64,000 bases of DNA from Planctomycetota bacterium (GTDB lineage: Bacteria > Planctomycetota > GCA-002687715 > CAIWVZ01): positions 352,001 to 416,000 of the forward strand of contig JBGANV010000001.1 in NCBI GenBank assembly GCA_044222185.1, in the 5' to 3' direction. This document shows positions 1 through 9,366 of the stretch, one piece after another. Below the pieces are notes generated by a model that saw nothing but the letters and a program-made list of their open reading frames with translations, ran no database searches and had not been told where the DNA came from. Positions within the stretch are counted from its first letter, which is position 1. Each line of letters starts with the position of its first letter. Position numbers and translations under genes: made by a program.

Positions 1-1700
1 CGGGCCTGGCTTTGCCAGATGGGAACTGACGCGAGCGCGTCCCACGCAGTCCCATTCCAGCGGGCAAGCCCCGAGCCGCCGACGGTCACGAACGTGCCCA
101 CGCCATGGAGCGCAGGTCCGGTCCCCGGATCGAACGCGACGATGCGATCGAGGTAGGCGTCACCGGGCGTGCCGGCGGGTGCCCAGGTTCCCCCGTCGAG
201 GGACCACAGCTGCGATTCGACGACGGCGTAATAGCTCGTCGATCCGCCGATCGTCACGGCGGCGACGTCGGACGGAGGGGCCGCCAAACCAGCGCCGAGC
301 GCTGTCCACGCGGAGCCGTTCCACCGCGCGACGAACCGGCAGGGTGTCGTTCCGATCCAGACGAAGTCACCAGTGACGAGAAGCTCCCGGCCCGTGGCTG
401 CCGCGACTTCTCGAACGAGGAGTCTCGGGTTGAGCCCGATCGCTTCCCCCGGCCCGCCCTGCAACCCGCCGCTCATCAAGTTCCACGACCCGCCCTCCCA
501 GCTCGCGATGCTCGAAGCAGCCATCGCTCCAACACGCGAGAAACGCCCACCGATACACAGTGACGACGTGCCGCCGGTCGAAATCGCCGCAAGCGCGTCG
601 ACCTCCGGGAATTTGATCGAGTCGGTGCCGATGCTGCCGCCGATCGCCGTCCAGACGGTGCCGTTCCACCGCGCGATTGCCACCGCATCGGAAGTGCCGG
701 CCAGCGCGATTTGGCCACCTGCGTAGAGCACCGGTCCCGACCCACCGTCGAAACCCGCCAATGCCGCGACGTAGGTCATCCCCTGGCCCGCACCGGTCGT
801 GACCGAATTGGCGAAGCCGGTTCCCACGGCCGACCAACTCGCGCCATCCCATCGCGCGATCCCATTCACGGATAGGCTCCCGGCAGTTCGGAAGTAGCCA
901 CCGGCGAAGAGCGCGCCGCCGGCACTGGCCAGAGCCTTCACGTGGTCAACGGTGCCCGTGAGGCCTGACCCGAGCGCGCCCCACTGACCGTTGCGCCACC
1001 GCGCGACGTTGGCGACCGCCAGCCCACCCGCCAGCTGGAAATTCCCGCCGACGAAGAGCCCGGGACCGCCGCCGTCGTCGTGGACGGCGAGCGACATGGC
1101 GGAGTAGCCCGCGAGTCCGGGCGCGAGGATCGGACCGACGCCGGTCCCGAGAGAGGCCCACGAACTGCCGTCCCACCGCGCGACGTACCCGACGGTCTGG
1201 CTGTCGATCTGGGCGAATTCACCTGCGACGTGGAGTCGCGGACCCGTGCCGTCGTCGAACACCGCCATGGCGTTGATCGCACCGCTGAACGCCCCTGGCA
1301 ACGCCGACCAGCTGGTGCCGTTCCAACGCATCAGGTGATGCGTGCCGGTCAACGGGCCCGTCCCGGCGAAGTCGCCGCCAGCGTAGAGCGCGGGGCCCGT
1401 CCCGTCGTCGAACGTGGCGAGCGCGCGCACCGTCCCGTCGATTGGGGCCGCGGTGCCGGACCATGCCGTTCCGTTCCACCGCGCGACGGCTCCGGTCGCG
1501 ATGCTCATGCCCGATGCATGCGTGACGGCTCCCGCCGCGAACAACGCGGGGCCGGAGCCATCGTCGAATACCGCGATCGCTCGCACCTGGGCCTGAAGCC
1601 CGAGCGGTGGTGAGATTCGCGACCAGGTGGGCGGAACCTGCGCGATCGCGACGCTCAGGGCGGATGAGGCTGCAAGGGCGGTCCAAAGGCTCATGCGCAT
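1..1700 (-). CDS. Exported beta-propeller repeat protein (FDDGxGPALYAGG / ARWxGxxWS repeats), 3' end outside window
   Basis: Absent from the ORF track because it has no stop in the window. ATG at 1700 follows SD GAAGGAGG. Manual translation: MRMSLWTALAASSALSVAIA|QVPPTW..., then repeated AVFDDGSGPALFAAG..ARWNGTAWS, ATFDDGTGPALYAGGDF..RWNGTSWS, ARWDGSSWASLGTG, ARWDGASWSAVGTG. The frame stays open to the window edge. Confidence 0.85.
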   Translation of the reverse strand, partial: MRMSLWTALAASSALSVAIAQVPPTWSRISPPLGLQAQVRAIAVFDDGSGPALFAAGAVTHASGMSIATGAVARWNGTAWSGTAAPIDGTVRALATFDDGTGPALYAGGDFAGTGPLTGTHHLMRWNGTSWSALPGAFSGAINAMAVFDDGTGPRLHVAGEFAQIDSQTVGYVARWDGSSWASLGTGVGPILAPGLAGYSAMSLAVHDDGGGPGLFVGGNFQLAGGLAVANVARWRNGQWGALGSGLTGTVDHVKALASAGGALFAGGYFRTAGSLSVNGIARWDGASWSAVGTGFANSVTTGAGQGMTYVAALAGFDGGSGPVLYAGGQIALAGTSDAVAIARWNGTVWTAIGGSIGTDSIKFPEVDALAAISTGGTSSLCIGGRFSRVGAMAASSIASWEGGSWNLMSGGLQGGPGEAIGLNPRLLVREVAAATGRELLVTGDFVWIGTTPCRFVARWNGSAWTALGAGLAAPPSDVAAVTIGGSTSYYAVVESQLWSLDGGTWAPAGTPGDAYLDRIVAFDPGTGPALHGVGTFVTVGGSGLARWNGTAWDALASVPIWQSQA

Positions 1701-2128
1701 GACGTCCTCCTTCGTTTGCGAGCGGAGATGCGCTCGCGTGGCGGCAGCACGCGTCGAGCGCCGGGAGGGAGCGTCGGGATCCAACGCATCGGCCCCGCAG
1801 GTCGCGAAGCTCGGAATCGTGGACGCCGCCGATCACCCGTGACCTCGCGCGCGTCGTTCGCGAATGAGGTTACTTCGGGTCTGAGCTCGTCAGGATTCGC
1901 CCATGTGGGCAGACCGATCGGCCGCCGTGCGGCCGGGGTCGTCGGCGCGAGCGAGGTGACCGAGCGCAAGGGAGGCTTCTCCGTCGGTGGCGTCGCCGCA
2001 ACCATCCGCGGAAAGGCTCCCGTCACGGGGGGCGCGCTGCATAGAATCCCGCGGTCCGGACCCATCAGGTCTCGCCAGCGTGGCGGCCGCTCGCTCCGGA
2101 CGAGGTCGAACCCCAACTGGAGTGTTTC

Positions 2129-3214
2129 ATGCGGATCGCTCGCCTGTGCGTGTTGTTCATCGTCGTGGCGGGGCTGGCACCCTCCCAGACGGTTCCAGAG
2201 ATTCTCTACTACCGCTTCAACGAAGGCTCGGGGACGACGGCCGTGAACTCGGCATTTCCTGGCGCCGGCCTTCCTACGGGGACTCTCTACGGTTCAGCCG
2301 CGTTCGGCACCGGCCGATTCGGCACCGGCCTGTCCTGCACGGGACAGACGGGCAGCCTCCAGGGAATGACTACGGGCTACACGCTCGGAATGCAGGGACA
2401 GTCCTGGTCGCTCGAGTTCTGGCTCAACCCGAACGCGAGCACGACCTCGATCAAATACATGTTCGGCGTTCCCGTCGGGCTTGCTCTCCGCTGCTTCAAC
2501 GGCGCCGTGCCCGGCAACGGCAACATCACGTTCACGGGCAGCGGTCTCGGCACGGTCAACGCCGTCGGTGCTGCGCCGGCCGCGGGAGTCTGGGTGCACG
2601 TCGCGTTCGTGTTCGACAACTCGACGGCGCCGCCCACCGTCACTCCTTACGTGAACGGCGTGGGACAGTCGCCGGTCGCGCAAACGGGCGCCCTCACCCT
2701 GAACACTGGAACGCTGAACCTCGGAAGCCAGCTGACCGGTTCGGCTGGTCTCGATGGAACGATCGACGAGTTCCGGCTGTGGGGGCACGCACTCACGCCA
2801 GCCGAGATCGTCGCTCGCTACAACATCGAGGTCTATCCGTTCAACATCCTGTCGGCGCAGACGAGCGGAGCGGGGACGGGCGACCTGAATCTCGCCATGA
2901 CCTCGGTCTCTCCGGGCGCGACCGAGGGATACCTCCTCTTGACCACATCCACCGCGGGAGCCGTCGGGACGGGTCCGCTCATGGGCATCGTGCCCGACGC
3001 GTTGACCTGGAGCATCTTCTCGCAACCGCTCGTCGCGGGCAGCCCGCTCCACTATCCGGTCGGAGTCCCGGGCGTGTTCCCGGATCAACCCTTCACGGTC
3101 CCGGCCGGAACACTGGGATTCCTCGCAGGGCAGGTGTGGGACGTCGTCGGCATCGTGCTCGCGCCCGGCTTCGCGTACCTGGGCGCATCGAACGTCCAGC
3201 GCCTCGCCTGGTGA
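2129..3214 (+). CDS. Exported LamG/concanavalin A-like domain protein with conserved C-terminal domain
   Basis: Signal peptide; LamG-like motifs YYRFNEGSG, WSLEFWLNP, WVHVAFVFD, GTIDEFRLWGHALTPAEI; C-terminal ~125 aa homologous to that of 44668..45951. Confidence 0.85.
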   Translation: MRIARLCVLFIVVAGLAPSQTVPEILYYRFNEGSGTTAVNSAFPGAGLPTGTLYGSAAFGTGRFGTGLSCTGQTGSLQGMTTGYTLGMQGQSWSLEFWLNPNASTTSIKYMFGVPVGLALRCFNGAVPGNGNITFTGSGLGTVNAVGAAPAAGVWVHVAFVFDNSTAPPTVTPYVNGVGQSPVAQTGALTLNTGTLNLGSQLTGSAGLDGTIDEFRLWGHALTPAEIVARYNIEVYPFNILSAQTSGAGTGDLNLAMTSVSPGATEGYLLLTTSTAGAVGTGPLMGIVPDALTWSIFSQPLVAGSPLHYPVGVPGVFPDQPFTVPAGTLGFLAGQVWDVVGIVLAPGFAYLGASNVQRLAW

Positions 3215-3300
3215 TTCGACGCGCGCGCGGCGGTGACGGCCGATGGCGTCCGGCGGATGCCGTCGGTCGGTCTGCCGTTCGTGCGGCTGACGGATGACGG

Positions 3301-3341
3301 GAAAAAAGGCGGCGGCCCCGCCGTACTGCCGGAGCCGCCGC
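3301..3341 (-). terminator. Rho-independent terminator of the 3398..4102 gene
   Basis: Minus strand reads CGGCGGCTCCGG...GGGGCCGCCGCC then TTTTTT. A second hairpin (GTGAACCTCCGC...GCGGAGCTTCAC) lies at 3344-3376. Confidence 0.65.
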
Positions 3342-3397
3342 GAGTGAACCTCCGCATGATGCAGGCGGAGCTTCACCGTTGAGTCGAACGGGGGATC

Positions 3398-4102
3398 TCA
3401 GCCCTTGTCGGCCTCGATCTCCTTCTTGAGCGTCTCGAACTCGGCCTTGTAGTTGTCGGCGGTGATCGTCGACATCTCGGCCGCCTTCTTGCTCACCTCG
3501 GCCTTGACGTCCGTCTTCACGTCGCCGTCAGCCTTGACCTTCGGCATCTCCTTCGGCATGTCCTTGGTCACCGGCTCCTTCGCACCACCGACCTCGATCT
3601 TGCCCTTGCCATGCTCGGCGCCGTCCTTGCCGTGCTCGGCGTCCTTGCCCTTGCCGTGGACTTCGCCACCCTTCCCGTGGCCGAGTTCGGCGCCGTCCTT
3701 GCCGTGCTTCCCGGACTGCTTCGCGCCGCCCTTCTCGTCTGAGCCCTTCACGGTCTCATCGGTGCCTTTTTTCGACGCGGCGACGGCGGCCTCGTGGCGT
3801 TTCGTCTCGACCGTACGGAGCTCGCCGACCTGCGTGACGGTCGCGTCGTCCTTTTGAGCCTTCGCGACGGCGGTGATCTGGTCCATCTTGGCGAGACGCG
3901 CCTCGTGCTTGGCGTTCTCGGTCGGCTGCGCTGCGACGACCTTCGCCACTTCCTTGACGGCGTCCTGCTTCGCGGCGTCGACGGCCGGCTTGATCGGCGT
4001 CGCGGGCGTGGCGGGCTCCTGCGCCATCGAGAAGGCCGCGACGGCGGCGGGGACGCAGAGGATGCGGGCGAACTTCACGAGGCTCGACTTACGGTTGATC
4101 AT
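3398..4102 (-). CDS. Exported Lys/Ala/Glu-rich low-complexity protein with HGKxG repeats
   Basis: Start MINRKSS after GGAG; signal peptide ending FSMA|QEP; strong G/C third-position bias; repeats HGKDGAELGHGKGGEVHGKGKDAEHGKDGAEHGKG. Confidence 0.8.
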   Translation of the reverse strand: MINRKSSLVKFARILCVPAAVAAFSMAQEPATPATPIKPAVDAAKQDAVKEVAKVVAAQPTENAKHEARLAKMDQITAVAKAQKDDATVTQVGELRTVETKRHEAAVAASKKGTDETVKGSDEKGGAKQSGKHGKDGAELGHGKGGEVHGKGKDAEHGKDGAEHGKGKIEVGGAKEPVTKDMPKEMPKVKADGDVKTDVKAEVSKKAAEMSTITADNYKAEFETLKKEIEADKG

Positions 4103-4451
4103 GACGTGCAGCTCCACTCCGGCTCATGGCCGGGACAGAAGTCTCCGAGCATTTGCGTGCCGGTCGCGGAGACCCGAACCGGTGCAACCACTGTCGCGTC
4201 GCTCGCCGGGATTCGGCGGCGCCGTCGTTCGTGGCGATGGACGCGGCACCCCAATGCAACCGACGGACCGTTCGAGCGAGCCCGCGTTCGCGCGGCCTGG
4301 ATTCCCTGGTTTTTGCGCCGTTTGCGTGGCACGGCATCGCGGCGGGCGACCTCTTGCGACCTCCCGTGCGAGCCGCCTTCTGTCGCAGGGGGAGGACACT
4401 TCCGCTGCCTCACAGCGACATTTCCCCGGGGCGCAATACCATCCCACACCC

Positions 4452-4940
4452 ATGGCACGAGACTCGGCACCGGTCACGCAGGCGGTTCGTGTGCTGCGCG
4501 CAGCAAAAGTCGTCTTCGGCGAGCACGTCTACCGTTACGAGGAGCGCGGTGGAACGGCGCACTCGGCCCGCGAACTCGACGTCGATGAACATGCCGTCCT
4601 GAAGACCTTGGTGATGGAGACCGAGGCGGCCGCGCCACTCGTCGTCATCATGCATGGCGACTTCGAGGTCTCGACGAAGAGCCTTGCGCGAGCGATCGGG
4701 TGCAAGTCCGTGGCGCCCTGCAAACCTGACGTCGCGAACCGCCACTCCGGGTATCTGGTGGGCGGCACGTCCCCATTCGGTCTGCGGAAGCCCATGCCCA
4801 TCTACCTCGAGCGCTCGGTCCTGGAGCTTCCCCGGATCTTCGTCAACGGCGGTCATCGAGGATTCCTCGTGAGCCTGCCGCCTTCCGAACTGGTGCGCGT
4901 GCTTTCCCCGGTGATGGTCGACGCCGCGGTCAAGCCGTGA
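4452..4940 (+). CDS. ybaK: Cys-tRNA(Pro) deacylase, YbaK/EbsC family
   Basis: Motifs VLKTLVM, GYLVGGTSPFG, IFVNGGHRG; ATG at 4452 inside the longer 3873 ORF. Confidence 0.9.
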   Translation: MARDSAPVTQAVRVLRAAKVVFGEHVYRYEERGGTAHSARELDVDEHAVLKTLVMETEAAAPLVVIMHGDFEVSTKSLARAIGCKSVAPCKPDVANRHSGYLVGGTSPFGLRKPMPIYLERSVLELPRIFVNGGHRGFLVSLPPSELVRVLSPVMVDAAVKP

Positions 4941-6232
4941 TCGAACGGGACGGGCGCCTCGCGGATCCCGCGCGAGAGCCGTTACCATCCGCCATGAACG
5001 ATCGCAGCGAGAGCTCCTCTTCCGCATCCGCATCGCGTCGCAAGCTCGCCTTCTCGACCTGGGGCGGCACGACGGACACGGCCGGAGACCCGGCATGCTC
5101 GGCATTCCTCGCCGAGCTTTGCAACGTGGATCGGGCGGCGGCACGGACGCTCACGCACGGATTCCACCGTTATGCGGGGCGCATGCCCCCGACGGTGGCA
5201 CGCGGAGTCATCGCGCGGTTCAGTGCGCCGGGTGATCTGGTCGTCGATCCGTTCTGCGGCAGCGGCACGGTCATGGTCGAGGCCTACGCGGCGGGGCGGC
5301 AGGCCATCGGCTCGGACGCGTCTCCACTCGCCGTGCTCATCGCGCGCGTGCGATGCACGCTGCTCGACGACGCGATGAGGGACCGCCTGCTCACCGAGGC
5401 CGATAGGATTTCGCGTGAGGCCGTGGGGCTCGCGCGCAAGCGCGTGAAGCCAGACGTCCCCGAGTGGGGGTCGAGCGAGTTCACGCGGTTCCCGCCGCAC
5501 GTGGCGCTGGAGCTGTTCACCCTCCTCGCGTTGCTGCCTCCCGTCGTGGCCGATCCCGTCGATCGCGCGCTGTGGCTGTCGTTCTCGTCGATCCTGGGGA
5601 AATTCAGCGCGAACAAGCGCGAAGTCGACGAGGACGGCGACCCGGTACCGAATCGCTTCGGTCGCGGGATGGCATCCCGGCTGTTCGGAGACCGCGTGCG
5701 TGAGCTCGTCGACGGACTCCGGGCCCTGGGAGCGCTCGTTCCCGCCGGCACGCCACCGCCGAAGATCCGGTTGGCGGACGCGCGCGATCTCGGCCACGTC
5801 GGGACCGCGACGGCTGCACTCGTCGCGTCGTCTCCTCCGTACGCTTCCGTCTACGACTACGCCGAGATGCACGACGTGAGTTTTCGCTGGCTCGACCTGG
5901 ATCGTCGGCCCATCGACCGCTCGCAGATCGGAGCGCGAACGCCGCACGGCTCCAACTCCTCGTCAGCGTGGGAGCCGGCCCGCCGCGCGTGGCTCTCCGA
6001 GGTCGTGCGCGTCCTACGACCGGATGGACACGCCTTTCTCGCCATCGGCGACGGGATCGTCGACGATGCGCCCGAGGACGCCGTCGCGCGCACCGTGGAC
6101 GTGGGCCGCGACGTCGGCCTGTCGTTCGTCGCGGTCGCGGCCCAGTCCCGACCCGTTCACGACCCGTTGCTCCAATACGTGTTCGCGGGGTGCGCGCGTC
6201 GCGAGAGCCTGATCCTCTTGCGGCGCCGCTGA
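4937..6232 (+). CDS. Orphan site-specific DNA methyltransferase (N4-cytosine/N6-adenine class)
   Basis: THGFHRY, motif I DPFCGSGT, motif IV SPPY. Start may be ATG 4994. Confidence 0.75.
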   Translation: MIERDGRLADPAREPLPSAMNDRSESSSSASASRRKLAFSTWGGTTDTAGDPACSAFLAELCNVDRAAARTLTHGFHRYAGRMPPTVARGVIARFSAPGDLVVDPFCGSGTVMVEAYAAGRQAIGSDASPLAVLIARVRCTLLDDAMRDRLLTEADRISREAVGLARKRVKPDVPEWGSSEFTRFPPHVALELFTLLALLPPVVADPVDRALWLSFSSILGKFSANKREVDEDGDPVPNRFGRGMASRLFGDRVRELVDGLRALGALVPAGTPPPKIRLADARDLGHVGTATAALVASSPPYASVYDYAEMHDVSFRWLDLDRRPIDRSQIGARTPHGSNSSSAWEPARRAWLSEVVRVLRPDGHAFLAIGDGIVDDAPEDAVARTVDVGRDVGLSFVAVAAQSRPVHDPLLQYVFAGCARRESLILLRRR

Positions 6233-6284
6233 TCGATGGGCCGGCGACCAGCGATCCCTGCTGGTACGATCGCGTCCCGCAACC

Positions 6285-6662
6285 ATGAAGCGCGCTCACT
6301 TCGAGACTCTCGTCCGCCGCGCCATCGATCGCCTGCCGAAGCAGTTTCGCGATCATCTGGCTAACGTCGAGTTCATCGTCGATGACCGGCCGTCGGCCGA
6401 GGTGCTGGAACTGGCCGGCATCGCACCGGAGGACGATGACCTCCTCGGCTTCTACGACGGAGTGCCGCTCACCGAGCGAAGCGAGTACTCGGACGCGCCG
6501 AGCCCGGTCACCGACACGATCTACCTGTTTCAGAAATCCCTGGAAGAGATGTGCCAGACCGAGGACGAACTGGTCGAGGAGATCCGGATCACGGTGCTTC
6601 ACGAGATCGGTCACCACTTCGGGCTGGACGACGACGAGATCGAGGAACTGGGCTTCGGGTGA
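6285..6662 (+). CDS. Zincin-like metallopeptidase family protein (Zincin_1/DUF1025-like)
   Basis: LLGFYDGVPLTER and TVLHEIGHHFG (HExxH). Confidence 0.85.
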   Translation: MKRAHFETLVRRAIDRLPKQFRDHLANVEFIVDDRPSAEVLELAGIAPEDDDLLGFYDGVPLTERSEYSDAPSPVTDTIYLFQKSLEEMCQTEDELVEEIRITVLHEIGHHFGLDDDEIEELGFG

Positions 6663-6704
6663 CGGACGCCTTGTCGCCGCCTCGGGTCGCCGCGAAACTG
6701 GAGC

Positions 6705-7898
6705 GTGCCAAGAGACTCCCTCGTCGACGAACTCATCGAGCAGGCTCCTGACGGCGGGCCGGTCCGCATCGCGAAGGCTCCATACCGGATCTCGCCGCTT
6801 GGTGCCCACACCGATCACCAGAACGGGCTCGTGCTCGGGTTTTCCCTGAAGGCATGCGTCCGCATCGCGTTCCGCGCGCGTGACGACGGCGTGGTGCAGG
6901 CGACGTCGCGTGATTTCCCCGGGGTCGTGAACTTCGACCTGGCGGCGATCGGGCCTCGGGACGGGACGTTCGGTGACTACCTCCGCGGCATCGCACAGGC
7001 GCTGGTCGGCCGCGGCGGCATCTCGCGGGGGATCGTGGCGCGAATCAGCGGCGAACTCCAACCGGGGGGAGTCTCGAGCAGCGCGGCGTTGCAGATCGCC
7101 TTCATGCTCGCACTTGCCGACGCGAACGGCGTCCGGCTCGACAAGGCGGAAATGGTCCGGCTCGTGGTCGCCGCCGAGCGAAACTATGCGGGTGTGCAGG
7201 TCGGGGTCCTCGATCCGACGATCATCCTCCATGGCGACGACGGCCGGCTCGTGTCGCTCGATTGCGCCGAGGGGACGCCGCGAGCGCAGCGAATTCCCGG
7301 CTCGCTCCCAAGATTCGAGGTCATGCTGGTCGAATCGGGCGTCAAGCGCGATCTTCGCACGGCGCCGTACAACGAACGCGTCGCCGAGTGCCGTGAGGCG
7401 GCGAGGCTGCTCGGGTCGACGAGCGACGTGCCGATGCTCTCCGAGTTCTCCGTCGAGGACGTGCGCCGCAGGCGTGCTTCGCTGCCACCGGTTCTCGCGA
7501 GGCGCGCCGAGCACGTCGTCAGCGAGAACAAACGGGTCCGCAACGGGATGACGCTTCTCCAGCAGGGGGACCTGCGGAACTTCGGGCAGCTCATGACGGC
7601 ATCCGGGCGCAGCATGATCACGCACTTTGGAGCTGGAACGCCGGAGACGACTGCGCTCCTCGATCTGCTCGCCGCCGACCCCTCCGTCTTCGGCGCGTGT
7701 CTCTCCGGCGCCGGGTTCGGTGGCAGCCTCATGGCGTTCATCCAGCCCGGCACCATGGGGGCGATCCGCGATCGCGTCACCGCGGCGCTCGCCGTCACGG
7801 ATCCGGAATGTGCACGGACGGCGACCTTCCGCGTCACGTCCATTGGCGGTGCGTGCAGTGTCGTCGATGCGGGGGCGCCTGATGGCCGCACCGCGTGA
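6705..7898 (+). CDS. GHMP-family sugar kinase, galactokinase/galacturonokinase-like
   Basis: APYRISPLGAHTDHQ, GGVSSSAA, YNERVAEC, SGAGFGG. Confidence 0.85.
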   Translation: MPRDSLVDELIEQAPDGGPVRIAKAPYRISPLGAHTDHQNGLVLGFSLKACVRIAFRARDDGVVQATSRDFPGVVNFDLAAIGPRDGTFGDYLRGIAQALVGRGGISRGIVARISGELQPGGVSSSAALQIAFMLALADANGVRLDKAEMVRLVVAAERNYAGVQVGVLDPTIILHGDDGRLVSLDCAEGTPRAQRIPGSLPRFEVMLVESGVKRDLRTAPYNERVAECREAARLLGSTSDVPMLSEFSVEDVRRRRASLPPVLARRAEHVVSENKRVRNGMTLLQQGDLRNFGQLMTASGRSMITHFGAGTPETTALLDLLAADPSVFGACLSGAGFGGSLMAFIQPGTMGAIRDRVTAALAVTDPECARTATFRVTSIGGACSVVDAGAPDGRTA

Positions 7899-8400
7899 TC
7901 GCTCGCGAGCCGAGATGGTCGAAGCCCTCGCCGCCGCGCTGCAGCTGATCGCGGAGAACGACGGGGCCGCCCTTCACCGCTCGGCGGGTGGGCGCCCGAG
8001 CGCAGGCGAGGTCGTCCTCGCCTGGGCCATCCTGGTCGAGAACGTCACGCTCAGGCTTGCTGACTGCGCGGAGAGAACACCGGAGAGCTCCTGGTTGTCG
8101 CGGGGGGCGCTCTTCGTGGCCCGCACCGCCATCTACTGGATGCCCGACCCGTCCTTGGATTTCGCCGCCGTCGCCCGAGGGACCCTGCTGCCTGCGGATG
8201 CCCTGAAGCGGCGTTGCGCGGACGCCGTGGCGGGATTCCTCGCCCTGTTGGAATCGGTGCCGGACAAAGGAGATGGGGCGCAGGTCTGGGCCTCTCACTC
8301 GGCGTTCGGCCCCGTTCCGGCCCGTTCCTGGGCGAGACTGCTTCTTGCCGCCATTCGGGATTCGGAGCGCCGGCTGCTCCGAGGGCGCGCCTCGAGCTGA
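7882..8400 (+). CDS. Hypothetical protein, possible DinB/DUF1569-like helical fold
   Basis: Follows the kinase in the operon; C-terminal SHSAFGPVPARSWARL resembles the HPxFGxL..W motif. Start uncertain (7882 or 7915). Confidence 0.5.
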   Translation: MAAPRDRSRAEMVEALAAALQLIAENDGAALHRSAGGRPSAGEVVLAWAILVENVTLRLADCAERTPESSWLSRGALFVARTAIYWMPDPSLDFAAVARGTLLPADALKRRCADAVAGFLALLESVPDKGDGAQVWASHSAFGPVPARSWARLLLAAIRDSERRLLRGRASS

Positions 8401-8486
8401 GCCTCGCGATTGCCGCGCGTCGCGGTCGGGAGTAAGCTCGCGCCCACGAAAGCGCCGGGAAAGGGGCCTGGCGCCGAGGGCGAACG

Positions 8487-8882
8487 ATGAACAACCCTTC
8501 AGTGCTCGTGGTCGCCTCGAACGCGTTCCTGCGCTCACTGATGGCGGACCTGCTGCGCGTCAACGACGTCGTGTGCGCGCGCGCCGATGGTCCTCACGAT
8601 GCGCAGGTCGAGATCTCCCGGATCGACCCGCTGATCGTCGTCGTCGACTGGGACATGCCTGACGGAGGCGCCGAGCACGTCATCCGCGCATGTGGTCCCG
8701 AGCGTTTCGTCCTGGTCGCCGCCGATACGCGGCGGGTCGATCCCTCTGCCATCACTCGGTTGCCTGGCGTCGCCGGAGTCGTCCGGACGCCCCTCGAGAC
8801 CGGCTCGTTCGCTCGCGTCGTCACTCGTGAGCTGCGGCGCCTCTCGATTCTCGCGGACGCCACGTCGACTCGCGGGTTTTGA
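8487..8882 (+). CDS. Stand-alone atypical response-regulator receiver domain
   Basis: SVLVV...PLIVVVDWDMPDGG keeps the phosphoacceptor Asp, but the acidic pocket and KP motif are degenerate (VASN, RTP). Confidence 0.65.
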   Translation: MNNPSVLVVASNAFLRSLMADLLRVNDVVCARADGPHDAQVEISRIDPLIVVVDWDMPDGGAEHVIRACGPERFVLVAADTRRVDPSAITRLPGVAGVVRTPLETGSFARVVTRELRRLSILADATSTRGF

Positions 8883-8912
8883 CGGGGTGCCCGTCGTGTC
8901 ATAGTCGCCGCC

Positions 8913-9356
8913 ATGCCCCGTCGCGGATCGACTTTGCGGCCGTTCGTCCTTCTCGCCCTCACACTTTGTGCGTGCTCCGGGCCGTCGGCGCCCGACGAGC
9001 AGGGCGGAGGAGCCGTGCTGATCACGCCTCAGCCGGCCGCCATGCGCGCTGCGGGCTGGCTCGAGTTTCGCGATCTCACGTTCCATCCCGTGTCCGAGAA
9101 GGGACCTCCGCGCGAACCGTTCGTGCGCGGCGAAGCCGTCGGCGCCTACTTCGATCCGACCTCCGAGATCACTGGCCCGTTGGGGGATCCACCAAAGGAC
9201 CGCAACGTCACGAAGGGCTGGCTCGAACTGCGGACGCGCGCCTTCTTCCGATCGGACGACCCGCGCCAGAAGACGCCGCCGTACGTCGAAGGCTCACGCG
9301 ATGACGACACGGGCGGGTTCTTCCCCGCGTCACCCCTCGTCCGCACGCTCCCGTGA
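8913..9356 (+). CDS. Hypothetical lipoprotein with internal duplication
   Basis: Lipobox-like LTLCA|C; two GWLE[FL]R..F......P[FY]V.G units. Confidence 0.7.
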   Translation: MPRRGSTLRPFVLLALTLCACSGPSAPDEQGGGAVLITPQPAAMRAAGWLEFRDLTFHPVSEKGPPREPFVRGEAVGAYFDPTSEITGPLGDPPKDRNVTKGWLELRTRAFFRSDDPRQKTPPYVEGSRDDDTGGFFPASPLVRTLP

Positions 9357-9366
9357 GGCTGGCGGT

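Noticed and set aside
4146-4162. Possible sigma-54 promoter (minus strand CGGCACGCAAATGCT) for the 3398..4102 gene
   Set aside because: GG-to-GC spacing is 9 nt, not the strict 10 nt required for -24/-12 promoters.
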